Notes: generated by a model not told the origin, from the sequence alone. A stretch of 64,000 nucleotides of DNA from Candidatus Aldehydirespiratoraceae bacterium (GCA_965221585.1 OZ244898.1:176719-240718), one strand, 5' to 3'; positions 28,912-38,498 are shown, counted from the stretch's first letter. Numbers and translations are program-made.

Positions 28912-29826
28912 TCAGTCGTTGTCCCGCAGGAACTGTTCGACTTCTGCCAACAGCGTCTGAGGATCGTCGCTGAGGTCTGCGTCGTCGGACGGGGAGTTGC
29001 CGTCCCAGGCCTCCTCGAGATCGGCGACGTAGTCGGCGGTCTCGGAGTCCTCAGCGACGAGTTCATTGACCTGTCGTTCATAGGTCGCCGCGGCGATCTC
29101 CAGGTCGGTGGCGAACACCGATGTGCCGAGCAGCTTCGACACCCGCTGGACGAGGGCCAGTCCTGCTTTGGGCGACGGCGCACCGGGAACGTAACTCGGA
29201 ACCGCAGACCAAAGCGAAGCAGTCGGCAGACCTGCTTGATGGCATTGTGTGGCGAGCACGCCGACGATCCCGGTCGGTCCTTCGTAGCTCGACGGAGCCA
29301 GGTCCAAGTGGGTTCGAATCGATTCGTCCTCGCTCGCGCCGTAGACCTCGACGGGTCGACTGTGGGGCACGTCAGCCAGCAGCGCCCCCAGAGTGACGAC
29401 CTGGCTGACCTCGAGTATCCGGGCGGTCTCAATGACCTGATCGCAGAACGTGCGCCAACGCAGTTGGGGTTCGAGCCCCACCAGCACCACGACGTCGCGT
29501 TCGCATTCGCCGACCACACAGGAACGGAACAGGTTGGACGGCCAACTCAGGGAGCGCCGGCGCTGGTGGTCGAGGTGAACCAGCGGGCGGCTGGTGGTGA
29601 AGTCGTAGAAGTACTCGGCGTCGATCTCGGCGAGGGCCGTGCCCTTCCATCTGTCCGCGAAATGTCGGGCCGCGATCGAGGCTGCGTCGCCGGCGTCGTT
29701 CCAGCCCTCGAAGGCGGTGATCAGCACCGGCGACCGAAGTGTCGGGGGTTTGGCCAACCAGTTGATGTGTGGAGGGGAATCGGCAGGGCTCGACACGCCA
29801 TAGACCATATCTGAGAGCATGCGCAT
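28912..29826 (-). CDS. PAC2 (proteasome assembly chaperone 2-like) family protein
   Basis: LITAFEGWNDAGDAASIAARH... followed by an acidic C-terminal tail, typical of actinobacterial PAC2 proteins. Confidence 0.8.
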   Translation of the reverse strand: MRMLSDMVYGVSSPADSPPHINWLAKPPTLRSPVLITAFEGWNDAGDAASIAARHFADRWKGTALAEIDAEYFYDFTTSRPLVHLDHQRRRSLSWPSNLFRSCVVGECERDVVVLVGLEPQLRWRTFCDQVIETARILEVSQVVTLGALLADVPHSRPVEVYGASEDESIRTHLDLAPSSYEGPTGIVGVLATQCHQAGLPTASLWSAVPSYVPGAPSPKAGLALVQRVSKLLGTSVFATDLEIAAATYERQVNELVAEDSETADYVADLEEAWDGNSPSDDADLSDDPQTLLAEVEQFLRDND

Positions 29827-29864
29827 ATTGCTCTACGGGCTGAGCGCTCTACGGGCTGAGCGCG

Positions 29865-30293
29865 CTACGGAGCAAAGCGATAGACGTTGGTTTGCCGCTG
29901 TTCGAAGCCGAGCTTCCGGTAGAGCCGGTTGGCGTCTTCGCGCGAGGGGCGCGAGGTCAGATCGACGCTCACCGTTCCGGCCGCGAGAGCCAGTGCAATC
30001 GCAGCTTCGTTGAGGCTGCGTCCGACTCCGGAACCGCGGGCTCCCTCATCGACGACGACATCCTCGATCCAGGCCCGCACACCGGTGGGTATGCGAAAGA
30101 GCACGAGGGTGAGGGTTCCGACCACGCCCCGCTCGTCGCGGGCGATCAGCAGTCTCACCGCGTCGGAGTCGACGATCTCTTGGAGCTCGGCGGTGCCGGG
30201 AGGCGGGTTTGAGCTCGAGAGCTGCGGCACGAGGCGCGCCATCGCCTCAACGAGTTCATCGTCCACCTCGTCCGCTTCGTAGATCTCAACCAC
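29865..30293 (-). CDS. GNAT family N-acetyltransferase
   Basis: Acetyl-CoA motif A: VVVDEGARGSGVGRSLNEAAIALA...LYRKLGF. GTG start. Confidence 0.85.
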   Translation of the reverse strand: MVEIYEADEVDDELVEAMARLVPQLSSSNPPPGTAELQEIVDSDAVRLLIARDERGVVGTLTLVLFRIPTGVRAWIEDVVVDEGARGSGVGRSLNEAAIALALAAGTVSVDLTSRPSREDANRLYRKLGFEQRQTNVYRFAP

Positions 30294-30317
30294 TGCGCGA
30301 CCTTGTTAGCAACACGC

Positions 30318-31181
30318 CTAGGAGCGTAGACGCTTACGGGAAATCTGGCGGATCAAACCCTCCTGCACCACATTGGCGATCAGGCGGCCGTCGTGGGTGA
30401 ACACCCGTCCGATGGCGAGTCCTCTGGCTCCTGTCGAAGCAGGCGTGTACTGGTCGTACAGCAGCCATTCGTCCGCCCGGAAACTTCCGTGGAACCACAT
30501 CGCGTGGTCCAGGCTCGCCAACTGGATATCACCGACTTCGGAATTGGTTCCGTGGGGTAGCAGGGTCGTGTCGAGCAGGGTCATGTCGGACGCGTACGTC
30601 AAAAGGCAGGTGTGCAGGACCTGATCGTCGGGGAGGCGCCCGTCGGCTCTGAACCACACCTGCTGCACGGGCGGGAGGGGCTCGCTGCGCTGAAAGGGAC
30701 TGGCGGTTACGTAGCGAATATCGACGGGACGGCCGACCCCGGCGAACGGGTCGGGTATGCCCTGGGCCTGATAGCGCTCAGCTCGTGTGGGCAGCGAATC
30801 CGCGGCGACGACTTCGGGCATGGAGTCGAAGAACTCGAGCCCGTCCTCAAGAACCTGGAACGATGCCTGCAGATTGAAGATGGCCCGCCCGTGTTGGATG
30901 GCGACCACCCGGCGGGTGGTGAAGCTCCGGCCGTCACGGATGCGATCGACCTCGTACAGCACCGGCACTGTCGGGTCGCCCGGACGCAGGAAGTATGCGT
31001 GCAGTGAATGCACGCCGCGGTCTGCCTCGACCGTTCGTGCCGCTGCGACCAGCGCCTGCCCCGCAACCTGCCCGCCGAAGATCCGCTGGCGGTTCTCGTC
31101 CGGAGACACGCCCCGAAAGACGTTGACCTCGATCACCTCGAGGTCGAGGAGCTTCACCAGTGCGTCGACGTCGTCCTGCAT
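30318..31181 (-). CDS. tesB: Acyl-CoA thioesterase II
   Basis: MQDDVDALVKLLDLEVIEVNVFRG...HSLHAYFLRPGD...SLDHAMWFH, a double hot-dog. ATG at 31181 is preferred over the TTG at 31211. Confidence 0.88.
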   Translation of the reverse strand: MQDDVDALVKLLDLEVIEVNVFRGVSPDENRQRIFGGQVAGQALVAAARTVEADRGVHSLHAYFLRPGDPTVPVLYEVDRIRDGRSFTTRRVVAIQHGRAIFNLQASFQVLEDGLEFFDSMPEVVAADSLPTRAERYQAQGIPDPFAGVGRPVDIRYVTASPFQRSEPLPPVQQVWFRADGRLPDDQVLHTCLLTYASDMTLLDTTLLPHGTNSEVGDIQLASLDHAMWFHGSFRADEWLLYDQYTPASTGARGLAIGRVFTHDGRLIANVVQEGLIRQISRKRLRS

Positions 31182-31255
31182 GCCCCTATCTTGCTCTGAT
31201 GTCGACGGCAAGCGGCGCGAACGGTAGCGAAACGATGCGAGTATCCTCTCAAGCC

Positions 31256-31714
31256 ATGCCCGTCATCAACCGAGCGGTGATCGTCAGGACCGTGGCGGAG
31301 CACTGGCGCAAGGCACTGAGGTATTGCGCAGTCTCGGTGGTCAACGTGGTCGTCGGGCTGAGCACGCTGGCGTTCGCCCTCGAGATTCTCGACTTCAGTC
31401 CGGTGGTCGCCAACCTCACGGCTTGGATGGTGAGCACCGGTCCCGCCTATCTGCTGAGCCGCTACTGGGTCTGGCAACAGCTCGGGGCCAACAGTGTCAA
31501 GTCTGAGATCGCGCCGTTCTGGATCATTGCGGGAATCGGTCTGGCGCTCTCGAGCGTCACGATCGGAGTGCTCGGAATGATCACCGACCACACGCTGATT
31601 CTGCTGGCGGGCACAATCGTTGCCTACGGACCTGTCTGGGTTGCGAAGTACCTGGTGTTGGACGGCCTGCTGTGGCCCAAGGCCGGCGAGAAGCCGGTCG
31701 CGGAGGTCGCCTGA
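31256..31714 (+). CDS. GtrA family membrane protein
   Basis: ATG at 31256. ALRYCAVSVVNVVVGLSTLAFAL...YLLSRYWVW... is a four-helix GtrA-like pattern. Upstream ATGs at 31199 and 31235 are possible. Confidence 0.72.
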   Translation: MPVINRAVIVRTVAEHWRKALRYCAVSVVNVVVGLSTLAFALEILDFSPVVANLTAWMVSTGPAYLLSRYWVWQQLGANSVKSEIAPFWIIAGIGLALSSVTIGVLGMITDHTLILLAGTIVAYGPVWVAKYLVLDGLLWPKAGEKPVAEVA

Positions 31715-32359
31715 GTGGACCCTGAACTGCTCGCCAGCGCCCGGGCCGCGCGCGGATTCATGCCGCCGGACGAGGGTCTGGCCCTGTACGAAGCGGCCTC
31801 AGCAGTCGGCGTGCCCGGGCCGTTCCTGGAAGTGGGGAGCTACTGCGGGAAGTCCGCGGTCTATCTCGGTGCCGCGGCCCGCTTGACGAATCGTGTGTTG
31901 TTCGCGCTGGACCACCACCGCGGATCCGAGGAGAACCAGCCGGGTTGGGAGCACCACGAGCCGGACCTCGTCGACCCCGAGACCAACAAGATCGACACGC
32001 TAGGCACCTTTCGCAGGACGATCCACGATGCCGGTCTGGAAGCGACAGTGGTGGCGGTCGTCGGCGATTCGGTGACGGTCGGTTCGGTCTGGACCACGCC
32101 GCTGGCGCTGCTGTTCATCGACGGCGGGCACGGTCGTGAACCGGCCCACCGCGACTTCGAGACCTGGGTGCCCCATGTCGTCGTTGGGGGCACGCTGCTG
32201 ATCCACGATGTGTTCCCTGATCCGTCGGACGGCGGCCGACCGCCCTATGAGATCTATTGCAGGGCACTCGACTCGGGGGCCTTCGAGGAGATCAGTGCCA
32301 CCGGTTCGCTGCGGGTGCTTCGCCGCACGCTTGGGCCGGATCAGCCAGGGCCGGACTAG
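31715..32359 (+). CDS. Class I SAM-dependent methyltransferase (Methyltransf_24-like)
   Basis: GTG immediately after the gtrA stop. FLEVGSYCGKSAVYLGAAA...LLFIDGGHGREPAHRDFETW...GGTLLIHDVF. Confidence 0.75.
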   Translation: MDPELLASARAARGFMPPDEGLALYEAASAVGVPGPFLEVGSYCGKSAVYLGAAARLTNRVLFALDHHRGSEENQPGWEHHEPDLVDPETNKIDTLGTFRRTIHDAGLEATVVAVVGDSVTVGSVWTTPLALLFIDGGHGREPAHRDFETWVPHVVVGGTLLIHDVFPDPSDGGRPPYEIYCRALDSGAFEEISATGSLRVLRRTLGPDQPGPD

Positions 32360-32365
32360 CTCGGC

Positions 32366-33436
32366 TCAGGTCGGGTTGGAGACGCCGGAGTCGACCGGAT
32401 CGATGTCGATGATCGGCGGCAGGAAACGGTGGTCCGAGAACAGCTTCGCGGCCGGGCTCGAACCCTCGATCGCCTCCGCGGCCAGCAGAACAGCTGCCGC
32501 TGAGTAGGTGGAGCGTTCACCGGGCGGGAACATCGTCAGTTCGGAGTGGACCATGCCGGTGATGTAGCGACCGTCCGGTTCGCGCAGCTTCTGAGCTGCG
32601 GTGAACAAGCGAATCGCCGTGGCATAGTCGCCGACGCCAAGGTGGGCGATGGCACACTCGCAGGTCTCGGCCGTGGTGACCCAGGGACGGTCGCTGACAC
32701 AGCGGATGCCCTCGTCACCCAGGTTGAAAGTGGCGAACCGTTCGGCGAGATGAAGCCGTCCTGCTTCGCCGCTGATCACGCCCGACAGCACGGGGTAGTA
32801 CCAGTCCATCGCCCAGCGGTGTTTGGGCGAGAACGCCTCGTCGCGTTCATTGCGGATCACATGGGCGAGCTGCGCCACCGACAGTTCCCAGTCGGGACGT
32901 TCGTGGCGGAGTTCCTCGGCGATGGCCACGGCACAGCGCAGGCTGTGAGCGATCGAGGACGAACCGGTCAACAGCGCGAAGGGCCATGGCGTGCCGTCGG
33001 GGTGGCGGGCCCAGAGGATCTCGCCGCGGGGCTGTTGCAGATCCAGCACGAAGTCGATGGCCCGCTCGACCACAGGCCACATCGTCTCGAGGTAGCCGAG
33101 GTCGCGGAAGTGCAGGTAGTGATGCCAAACCCCAGTCGCCACGTAGGCGATGACGTTGGCGTCGAGTTTGTCCTGTTCGACCTCGTGTTCGAGGTAGTAC
33201 TGATGCCAGGATCCGTCAGGTCTCTGGGAGTCGACGAGCCACTGATAAGCGGCCTCAGCCTCGCTTCGGTGATCGCCGACGACCAGTGCCATTGCCGCTT
33301 CAACATGGTTCCAGGGATCGGCGTGACCGCCGGGGAACCAGGGGATCATGCCCGATGGAAGCTGCCACTCGGCGATGTGGTCGGCGGTCTGTCGGATCTG
33401 TTCGGCGGACAGGACGCCGCGGATCTCAGGTAGCAC
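32366..33436 (-). CDS. Prenyltransferase / squalene-cyclase-repeat (alpha/alpha toroid) protein
   Basis: QW-type repeats: EWQLPSGMIPWF, DSQRPDGSWHQYY, LQQPRGEILWARHPDGTPW. The GTG at 33436 lies 7 nt after the upstream gene's stop. The track ORF's TTG at 33547 would overlap that gene by about 120 nt. Confidence 0.68.
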   Translation of the reverse strand: MLPEIRGVLSAEQIRQTADHIAEWQLPSGMIPWFPGGHADPWNHVEAAMALVVGDHRSEAEAAYQWLVDSQRPDGSWHQYYLEHEVEQDKLDANVIAYVATGVWHHYLHFRDLGYLETMWPVVERAIDFVLDLQQPRGEILWARHPDGTPWPFALLTGSSSIAHSLRCAVAIAEELRHERPDWELSVAQLAHVIRNERDEAFSPKHRWAMDWYYPVLSGVISGEAGRLHLAERFATFNLGDEGIRCVSDRPWVTTAETCECAIAHLGVGDYATAIRLFTAAQKLREPDGRYITGMVHSELTMFPPGERSTYSAAAVLLAAEAIEGSSPAAKLFSDHRFLPPIIDIDPVDSGVSNPT

Positions 33437-34247
33437 GAGCAACCTCTCGGGTAACGGACGAATGATGAAGAGGAGGTTCTGCTGCGATAGTCGGCGTCCC
33501 GACTGCTGCAGGCACCGCAGCGGTGACCGGCACCTCGGCGTAGACAACGAGGCTCTTGCCGAGCACCGGGTTGAGGATCTTCTCGGCCGTGCGTGTCAAC
33601 CACGGCGCCTTGACGATGTCCCATTCGAGCAGCTTGTGGTAGTTCCGCACAGAGAAGTTGTCCTCGATCTCGTTGTTGACACCGACTGCGCAGCGAAGCC
33701 ACCAGTAAGGGGAGTGCAGGGCGTGAGTGCGGTGAGAGACCGTAGGTTCGAAGCCGGCAGTACGCAATTTCTGGCGCACTTCTTTCTCGGTGTAGATCCG
33801 CACATGCCCGCCCACCGCCGCGGGAGCGTGGTAGTCGGAGCTGATCTTCCAGCAGATCTTCTCGGGCAGCCAGGCCGGGACGGTCACCGCCAAAGTCCCG
33901 TTGGGTTTCAGCACCCGGAGGAGTTCAACGAAGGCGGCGTCGTCGTCAGGTACGTGTTCAAGGACTTCGGAGGCGATGACTTTGTCGAAGCTGTGATCGG
34001 CGAACGGCAGAGTGGTGCCGTCTCCCTGTACCACCGTGTGGCTGAGGTGGGCGTCGAACAGTCCGTCCTCTATGAGCAGGGGTGCGGTGTTGCGGATGGA
34101 CTCGAGCTCTGCGAGGGCCATGTCGCAACTGACGACATCAGCGCCTCGAGCGAGCGCCTCATAGGTGTGTCGGCCGAAACCGCAGCCGAGGTCCAGCAAC
34201 CGGTCGCCCGCGCGCAGGTCGAATCGGTCGTAGTCGACGGTCAGCAT
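33426..34247 (-). CDS. Class I SAM-dependent methyltransferase (Methyltransf_11-like)
   Basis: The ATG at 34247 shares one base with the upstream GT4 stop (TGATG). Motif I LLDLGCGFGRHT and post-I DVVSCDMA are present, followed by VIASEVLEHVPDD. Confidence 0.85.
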   Translation of the reverse strand: MLTVDYDRFDLRAGDRLLDLGCGFGRHTYEALARGADVVSCDMALAELESIRNTAPLLIEDGLFDAHLSHTVVQGDGTTLPFADHSFDKVIASEVLEHVPDDDAAFVELLRVLKPNGTLAVTVPAWLPEKICWKISSDYHAPAAVGGHVRIYTEKEVRQKLRTAGFEPTVSHRTHALHSPYWWLRCAVGVNNEIEDNFSVRNYHKLLEWDIVKAPWLTRTAEKILNPVLGKSLVVYAEVPVTAAVPAAVGTPTIAAEPPLHHSSVTREVARAT

Positions 34248-35527
34248 CAGGCGATGCCTTGTTCCTGCGTTTCGAGCACTGCGCGGTACTGATCCACGGT
34301 GCGTTGCGCAGTGTGACGCCACGACCACTGATCGATGACCCTCTGTCGGCCTTGAGCGCCAACCTTGGCTCGCAGTTCCGGGTTCTCCAGGGCTTCGCGG
34401 ATCGTTGAGGCCAGGGCTTCGCTGTTGCCCGGCTCGGTGAGGAAGCAGGTCTCGTTGTGGTTCCCGGCTACCTCTGGAAGCGCGCCGCCGGTCGTGGCGA
34501 CGAGTGGAACGCCGCACGACATCGCTTCGATCGCCGGCAGAGAGAAGCCTTCATACAGCGACGGAACGATGGCAAGCTCGGCTTCGCTGTAGAGCTCGAC
34601 GATGCGGCTGTCAGCCACACCGGACACGAACTCGACGCAGTCATCGAGCCCCAGTCGGGTCATGACCGTGCTGGCGTGGCTGTCGGGTCGCCGTTTGCCG
34701 ATGATGGTCAGTTCGATGTGCCGTTCGGTGCGCAGCTTGGCGACGGCCTCAAGAAGGAATCGGAGCCCTTTCATGGCCACATCGGCTGATGCGGTGGTCA
34801 CCAGGTGGCCTTCACGGCGCTGGACGCCGCTCACGGGCAGGAACAGGTCGGGGTCGACGCCGACGGGCACCACATGCAGCCGCTCGGGGTCGATTCCGTA
34901 GTCGGCGCTGATGTCGCTCTTCGACGACTCGGACACGGTCATCAGTCGAGGCATCTGCCGGGCGACTCTGCGCTGCATCTTGGTGAAGGAGTACCAGCGC
35001 CTCTTTCCGAACCTCTCCCAAGCTGTGCGGGCATGCTCGAGTTCGAGTTTGCGGTCGACGGTGATCGGATGGTGGATCGTTTCGAGGATCGGCCAACCTT
35101 CCTGTTGAAGCTTGAGCAGGCCCCACCCCAGTGTCTGGTTGTCGTGGATGAGGTCGAACTCGTGGCGACGATGCCGGAGATGGCGCCATGCCCGCAGGCT
35201 GAAGGCCATGGGTTCAGAGAAGTTGCCGGTGCCGAACGAGAGGTGCTCGGCGACATCGGTCCAGTCCTTCCACTCCCAGACCCGTGGCTTGCGCATGGGA
35301 TGCGGGTCGCTCCAGATGTCGAGACTGGGCAGTTCGATGAGCGGGACTCGTTCGTCGAGGACGGGGTAGGGGGGGCCGCCCAACACCTCGACATGGTGTC
35401 CGAGGTCGACGAGCGCTTTGCTCAGGTGACGGACATAGACGCCCTGTCCTCCCACATGGGGCTTCCCGCGATAGGTCAACAGTGCGATGCGGAGGGCGCG
35501 GTCACTCGGATTCTGCGCCTTGGCCAT
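34247..35527 (-). CDS. Glycosyltransferase family 4 (GT-B)
   Basis: ATG at 35527 gives MAKAQNPSDRALRIALLTYRGKPHVGGQGVYVRHLSKALVDLGHHVEVL. C-terminal EGFSLPAIEAMSCGVPLVAT (EX7E region). Confidence 0.85.
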   Translation of the reverse strand: MAKAQNPSDRALRIALLTYRGKPHVGGQGVYVRHLSKALVDLGHHVEVLGGPPYPVLDERVPLIELPSLDIWSDPHPMRKPRVWEWKDWTDVAEHLSFGTGNFSEPMAFSLRAWRHLRHRRHEFDLIHDNQTLGWGLLKLQQEGWPILETIHHPITVDRKLELEHARTAWERFGKRRWYSFTKMQRRVARQMPRLMTVSESSKSDISADYGIDPERLHVVPVGVDPDLFLPVSGVQRREGHLVTTASADVAMKGLRFLLEAVAKLRTERHIELTIIGKRRPDSHASTVMTRLGLDDCVEFVSGVADSRIVELYSEAELAIVPSLYEGFSLPAIEAMSCGVPLVATTGGALPEVAGNHNETCFLTEPGNSEALASTIREALENPELRAKVGAQGRQRVIDQWSWRHTAQRTVDQYRAVLETQEQGIA

Positions 35528-35643
35528 GGATGAAACACACTTCCGCGGACGATTATCGGACCTTGAATAATGCCCAAGTATTCGCCTTTTCCCTACCCCG
35601 CGTGACCTGCGGCACGATTCGAACCGACCCGGTGAGTCGCCCG

Positions 35644-37164
35644 TCAGGGTTTCTGCGCGCGCTTCCGTTGGCGGGCTTGCTTGCGGGCTCGTGCGCGGCG
35701 GGCGACTGCCTTGCTCAGAGAGTCGATGTGGGCGAAGATCAGAATCACCAGTGAACCGATGAGCACCGGCCACGCTCCGACCACCACGGCGAGTGTGCGG
35801 CCCTCGCGCAGTTCGATCGTCTCGATCAGGACTCTCTGTTCGCTGACGCCGCTGCGGGCGGTCACCTCGCCGGACGGGTTGACGATGGCGGAGAAACCGG
35901 TTGGTGCTGCCTGCAGAACCCAGCGGTCAGTTTCGAGCGCCCGAAGTTGACTTGATGCGATCTGCTGGCTCTGCACGATCGTGAGCCAGTAACTCGAGCC
36001 ATTGGTGGGGTTGAGCAGAACAGTGCCGCCGTTTCCGATGGCGTCGCGGGCACGGTGGTCGAAGAAGACCTCCCAGGAGATGGCGACACCCAGAGGTCCG
36101 AGTTCGCTGTCGACGACGGCCGGCTCCGTTCCAGCTCTGACGTCGCGGCCCGGAAGCTCGCTGCTGAAGAGCTCGATGAAGCCGCGAAGCGGCACGAACT
36201 CACCGAATGGCACCAACTGGACCTTGTCGTAGCGGTCCCGAGTAATCCCGTTTGAATCCGAGACGATCGAATAGTTCCGGTTGGCGGTGCGGTCCACGCT
36301 CGGCTCGAACCATCCCGTCACCAGCACGGCGTTGAGGTCGTCGGCCAGCTGCGAGACCCTGCTGACAGCTTCGCTGCGGCCCAGCAGCGGCTCGGGACAG
36401 GGGTCTGACGCAGCGGCGTTGGTGGCCGGATGCACGACATCTTCGGGCCACAGCACGAGATCCACCGGTTCGTCTATGAGCGCGCTGGCGGCCATGTGCC
36501 GTTCGAACACTCCCCGGTTCTGGCACACGTCAGCACGGGTGTTCTGCGGTCCACCGCCCTGTACGACCGCGACCCGGATGCTGTCACCCTCGTCGGTGGA
36601 GAACCAGGGCAGCAGTCCGACCAGGGGCAACACGACGAGAACGGCCACCGCGACCAGGCTCGCCCTGCGGCGCGTTACAAGGTCGGCGAGGATCACGCCC
36701 GCGAGGGTCATCAACACGACGAGGATCGGTGATCCGAACAACCTGACCGATGTGGCGAGCGGAGTGGCGACGCCCACCATTGCGAGCGTTGAGATCGGAA
36801 CTCCACCGAACGGCCAGTTCCAGCGGATCAGTTCGGCCAGCACGACCGCAGCACAGAACACTACGCCGCGGTAACCGCGGTCGCTGGGGGTGATCCACCC
36901 GACCAAGGCGATCATGAGGCTGAACGCGGCTGCTGCCACGGGCCAGCCGATGGGCGTCAGGTCAGCCATCCAAACGGTGCTTGGAAAGAACCAGGCCGCG
37001 CCGACGAGCAGTGAGCGTCCGAATCGACCGTGAGGTGTCAACCGGTCGAGCAGCTGGAACCACAAGGCCAGCCCTGCGATTGTGAGCGGCCACCAACCCC
37101 AGGGAGGGAGCCCGGAGGCGATGAGCACACCGGCGAGGACCGACAGCGTCCGTGTCTTTTTCAC
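35644..37164 (-). CDS. lnt: Apolipoprotein N-acyltransferase
   Basis: Polytopic N-terminus followed by a CN-hydrolase domain (IRVAVVQGG...LVLWPE...YDKVQLVPFGEFVP...ISWEVFF) and a C-terminal TM helix. Confidence 0.85.
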   Translation of the reverse strand: MKKTRTLSVLAGVLIASGLPPWGWWPLTIAGLALWFQLLDRLTPHGRFGRSLLVGAAWFFPSTVWMADLTPIGWPVAAAAFSLMIALVGWITPSDRGYRGVVFCAAVVLAELIRWNWPFGGVPISTLAMVGVATPLATSVRLFGSPILVVLMTLAGVILADLVTRRRASLVAVAVLVVLPLVGLLPWFSTDEGDSIRVAVVQGGGPQNTRADVCQNRGVFERHMAASALIDEPVDLVLWPEDVVHPATNAAASDPCPEPLLGRSEAVSRVSQLADDLNAVLVTGWFEPSVDRTANRNYSIVSDSNGITRDRYDKVQLVPFGEFVPLRGFIELFSSELPGRDVRAGTEPAVVDSELGPLGVAISWEVFFDHRARDAIGNGGTVLLNPTNGSSYWLTIVQSQQIASSQLRALETDRWVLQAAPTGFSAIVNPSGEVTARSGVSEQRVLIETIELREGRTLAVVVGAWPVLIGSLVILIFAHIDSLSKAVARRARARKQARQRKRAQKP

Positions 37165-37183
37165 GGCTCGGCGGTGGCTCGGC

Positions 37184-37879
37184 TCATGGCCGCTTGGGAA
37201 GGTTCACTCTGAGTCGGCGTACGCCTCCGATCGCTCCCACACCCTTTATGCGGATGGTCACGTTGTCTTCGCTGATGACCCACTCAGGCAGGTCGGCAGG
37301 TTCAGCGACCGCCAGGATCTCGTCGGGGTGAGCTGCGGCACAGAGTTTGGCGGCGAGATTGACGGGCTCCCCGATGTAGTCGTCGCCCTCGAACAGCAGG
37401 GCGATGCCCGTGGCGATTCCGACGCGAACCTGGATCTCGCTGTCGGAGAAGGCATGAACGAGGTGGGCTCCTGAGGCGATTGTGGGGGGCGCTTCGGTTC
37501 CCACGAGCATGACTCCGTCGCCGAGCCATTTGGCGACACGCACACCGCGTTTGGCCGCGACGTTGCGGGCGATCCGCCGGAACTGTCCGAGCTGACCGAC
37601 CGCGGCGTGCGGTCCGTTGTCGCGTGTGAAGGCAGTGAATCCGCTGAGGTCAGCGAAGCAGAAGGTGCGGGTGACGTTGAGATGGGCGTCGCCCTCGGTC
37701 AGTTCGTGGGGGGGCGCCACCCGGTCGGTCTGTGCTGCGTCGGCCCATTCCCGAGCCGGTCCGGTGTCTGCGGCGAGCAGAGGCAGCAGCAGTTCGCCCG
37801 TAGAGTCGACTCTCGGTGGCTTTGCTCGGTCTGGTTCGTTGGTGCCCGGAATCGCTTCGGCTTCCGTGGATTCTGTCAC
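37184..37879 (-). CDS. Class III adenylate/guanylate cyclase domain protein
   Basis: FCFADLSGFTAFT...VAKWLGDGVMLVG...VRVGIATGIALLFEGDDYIGEPVNLAAKL. Confidence 0.85.
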   Translation of the reverse strand: MTESTEAEAIPGTNEPDRAKPPRVDSTGELLLPLLAADTGPAREWADAAQTDRVAPPHELTEGDAHLNVTRTFCFADLSGFTAFTRDNGPHAAVGQLGQFRRIARNVAAKRGVRVAKWLGDGVMLVGTEAPPTIASGAHLVHAFSDSEIQVRVGIATGIALLFEGDDYIGEPVNLAAKLCAAAHPDEILAVAEPADLPEWVISEDNVTIRIKGVGAIGGVRRLRVNLPKRP

Positions 37880-37901
37880 ATCTACAGAATGTCACACTTG
37901 G

Positions 37902-38282
37902 TCATACCCGGAGGCCGCATACCGGCCATGGTTGTCTGCCGCGCTCGGACCAGAGTGCCCGGGTCATGGCGTCCTGCCACCATGGTTCGACTTCTATCGG
38001 GTCTTTGCCGACCAGCCAGGGGAAGTGGCGTTCGGCGACTCCATCCCAGGTGTGTTGAACGAATTGGTAGGCACCTCGGTAGAGGCCGGCGGGGTTGACG
38101 GAGACGGCTTGGTAGTTGTCGCTCGATTCGCAGTCGCGCAGGCGTTTCAGTTCTTCGAGGGTGAGTACATCGTTGACATGCGCGGTGCTGTCCAGGTAGA
38201 AGGCGATTTCTTCGGGTGTGCAGGCGGTCGTGAACAGCAGTGCTGTCAAGGCGATGACCAATACGCTCACTCGTAGGTGCAT
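37902..38282 (-). CDS. Rpf-like transglycosylase-domain lipoprotein
   Basis: ATG at 38282. Signal/lipobox MHLRVSVLVIALTALLFTTAC. LRDCESSDNY...GLYRGAYQFVQHTWDG...PWPVCG parallels the Rpf/Transglycosylas domain. Confidence 0.7.
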   Translation of the reverse strand: MHLRVSVLVIALTALLFTTACTPEEIAFYLDSTAHVNDVLTLEELKRLRDCESSDNYQAVSVNPAGLYRGAYQFVQHTWDGVAERHFPWLVGKDPIEVEPWWQDAMTRALWSERGRQPWPVCGLRV

Positions 38283-38498
38283 GACGGTTGGGTTCCTTGG
38301 TGGCGGACGCTGTCCGTATTGCGGGGGAAGTGACCCTGTCGGGTTGACTTTGTCGAGGGGGGACAACCTCTGATTTGTCTTGGTCTACGGTGTCCCGTTC
38401 ATGCTCGGTTTGTCACATAACTGGAATATCGACCGCGGAACTGTAACGAGTTCTCAACGTCGTTCCAACCTTGCGCTTGGCGTTGATCGAGGTGTGGT

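Noticed and set aside
35528-35773. 5' extensions of several track ORFs: GT4 to 35773, MTase to 34517, hyuA to 23106, hemQ to 18456, amidohydrolase from 51153, TauD from 55035, lipoprotein from 54470
   Set aside because: The extensions are R/P/S-rich, overlap neighbouring genes or intergenic promoters, and precede internal starts that reproduce canonical family N-termini or signal peptides.
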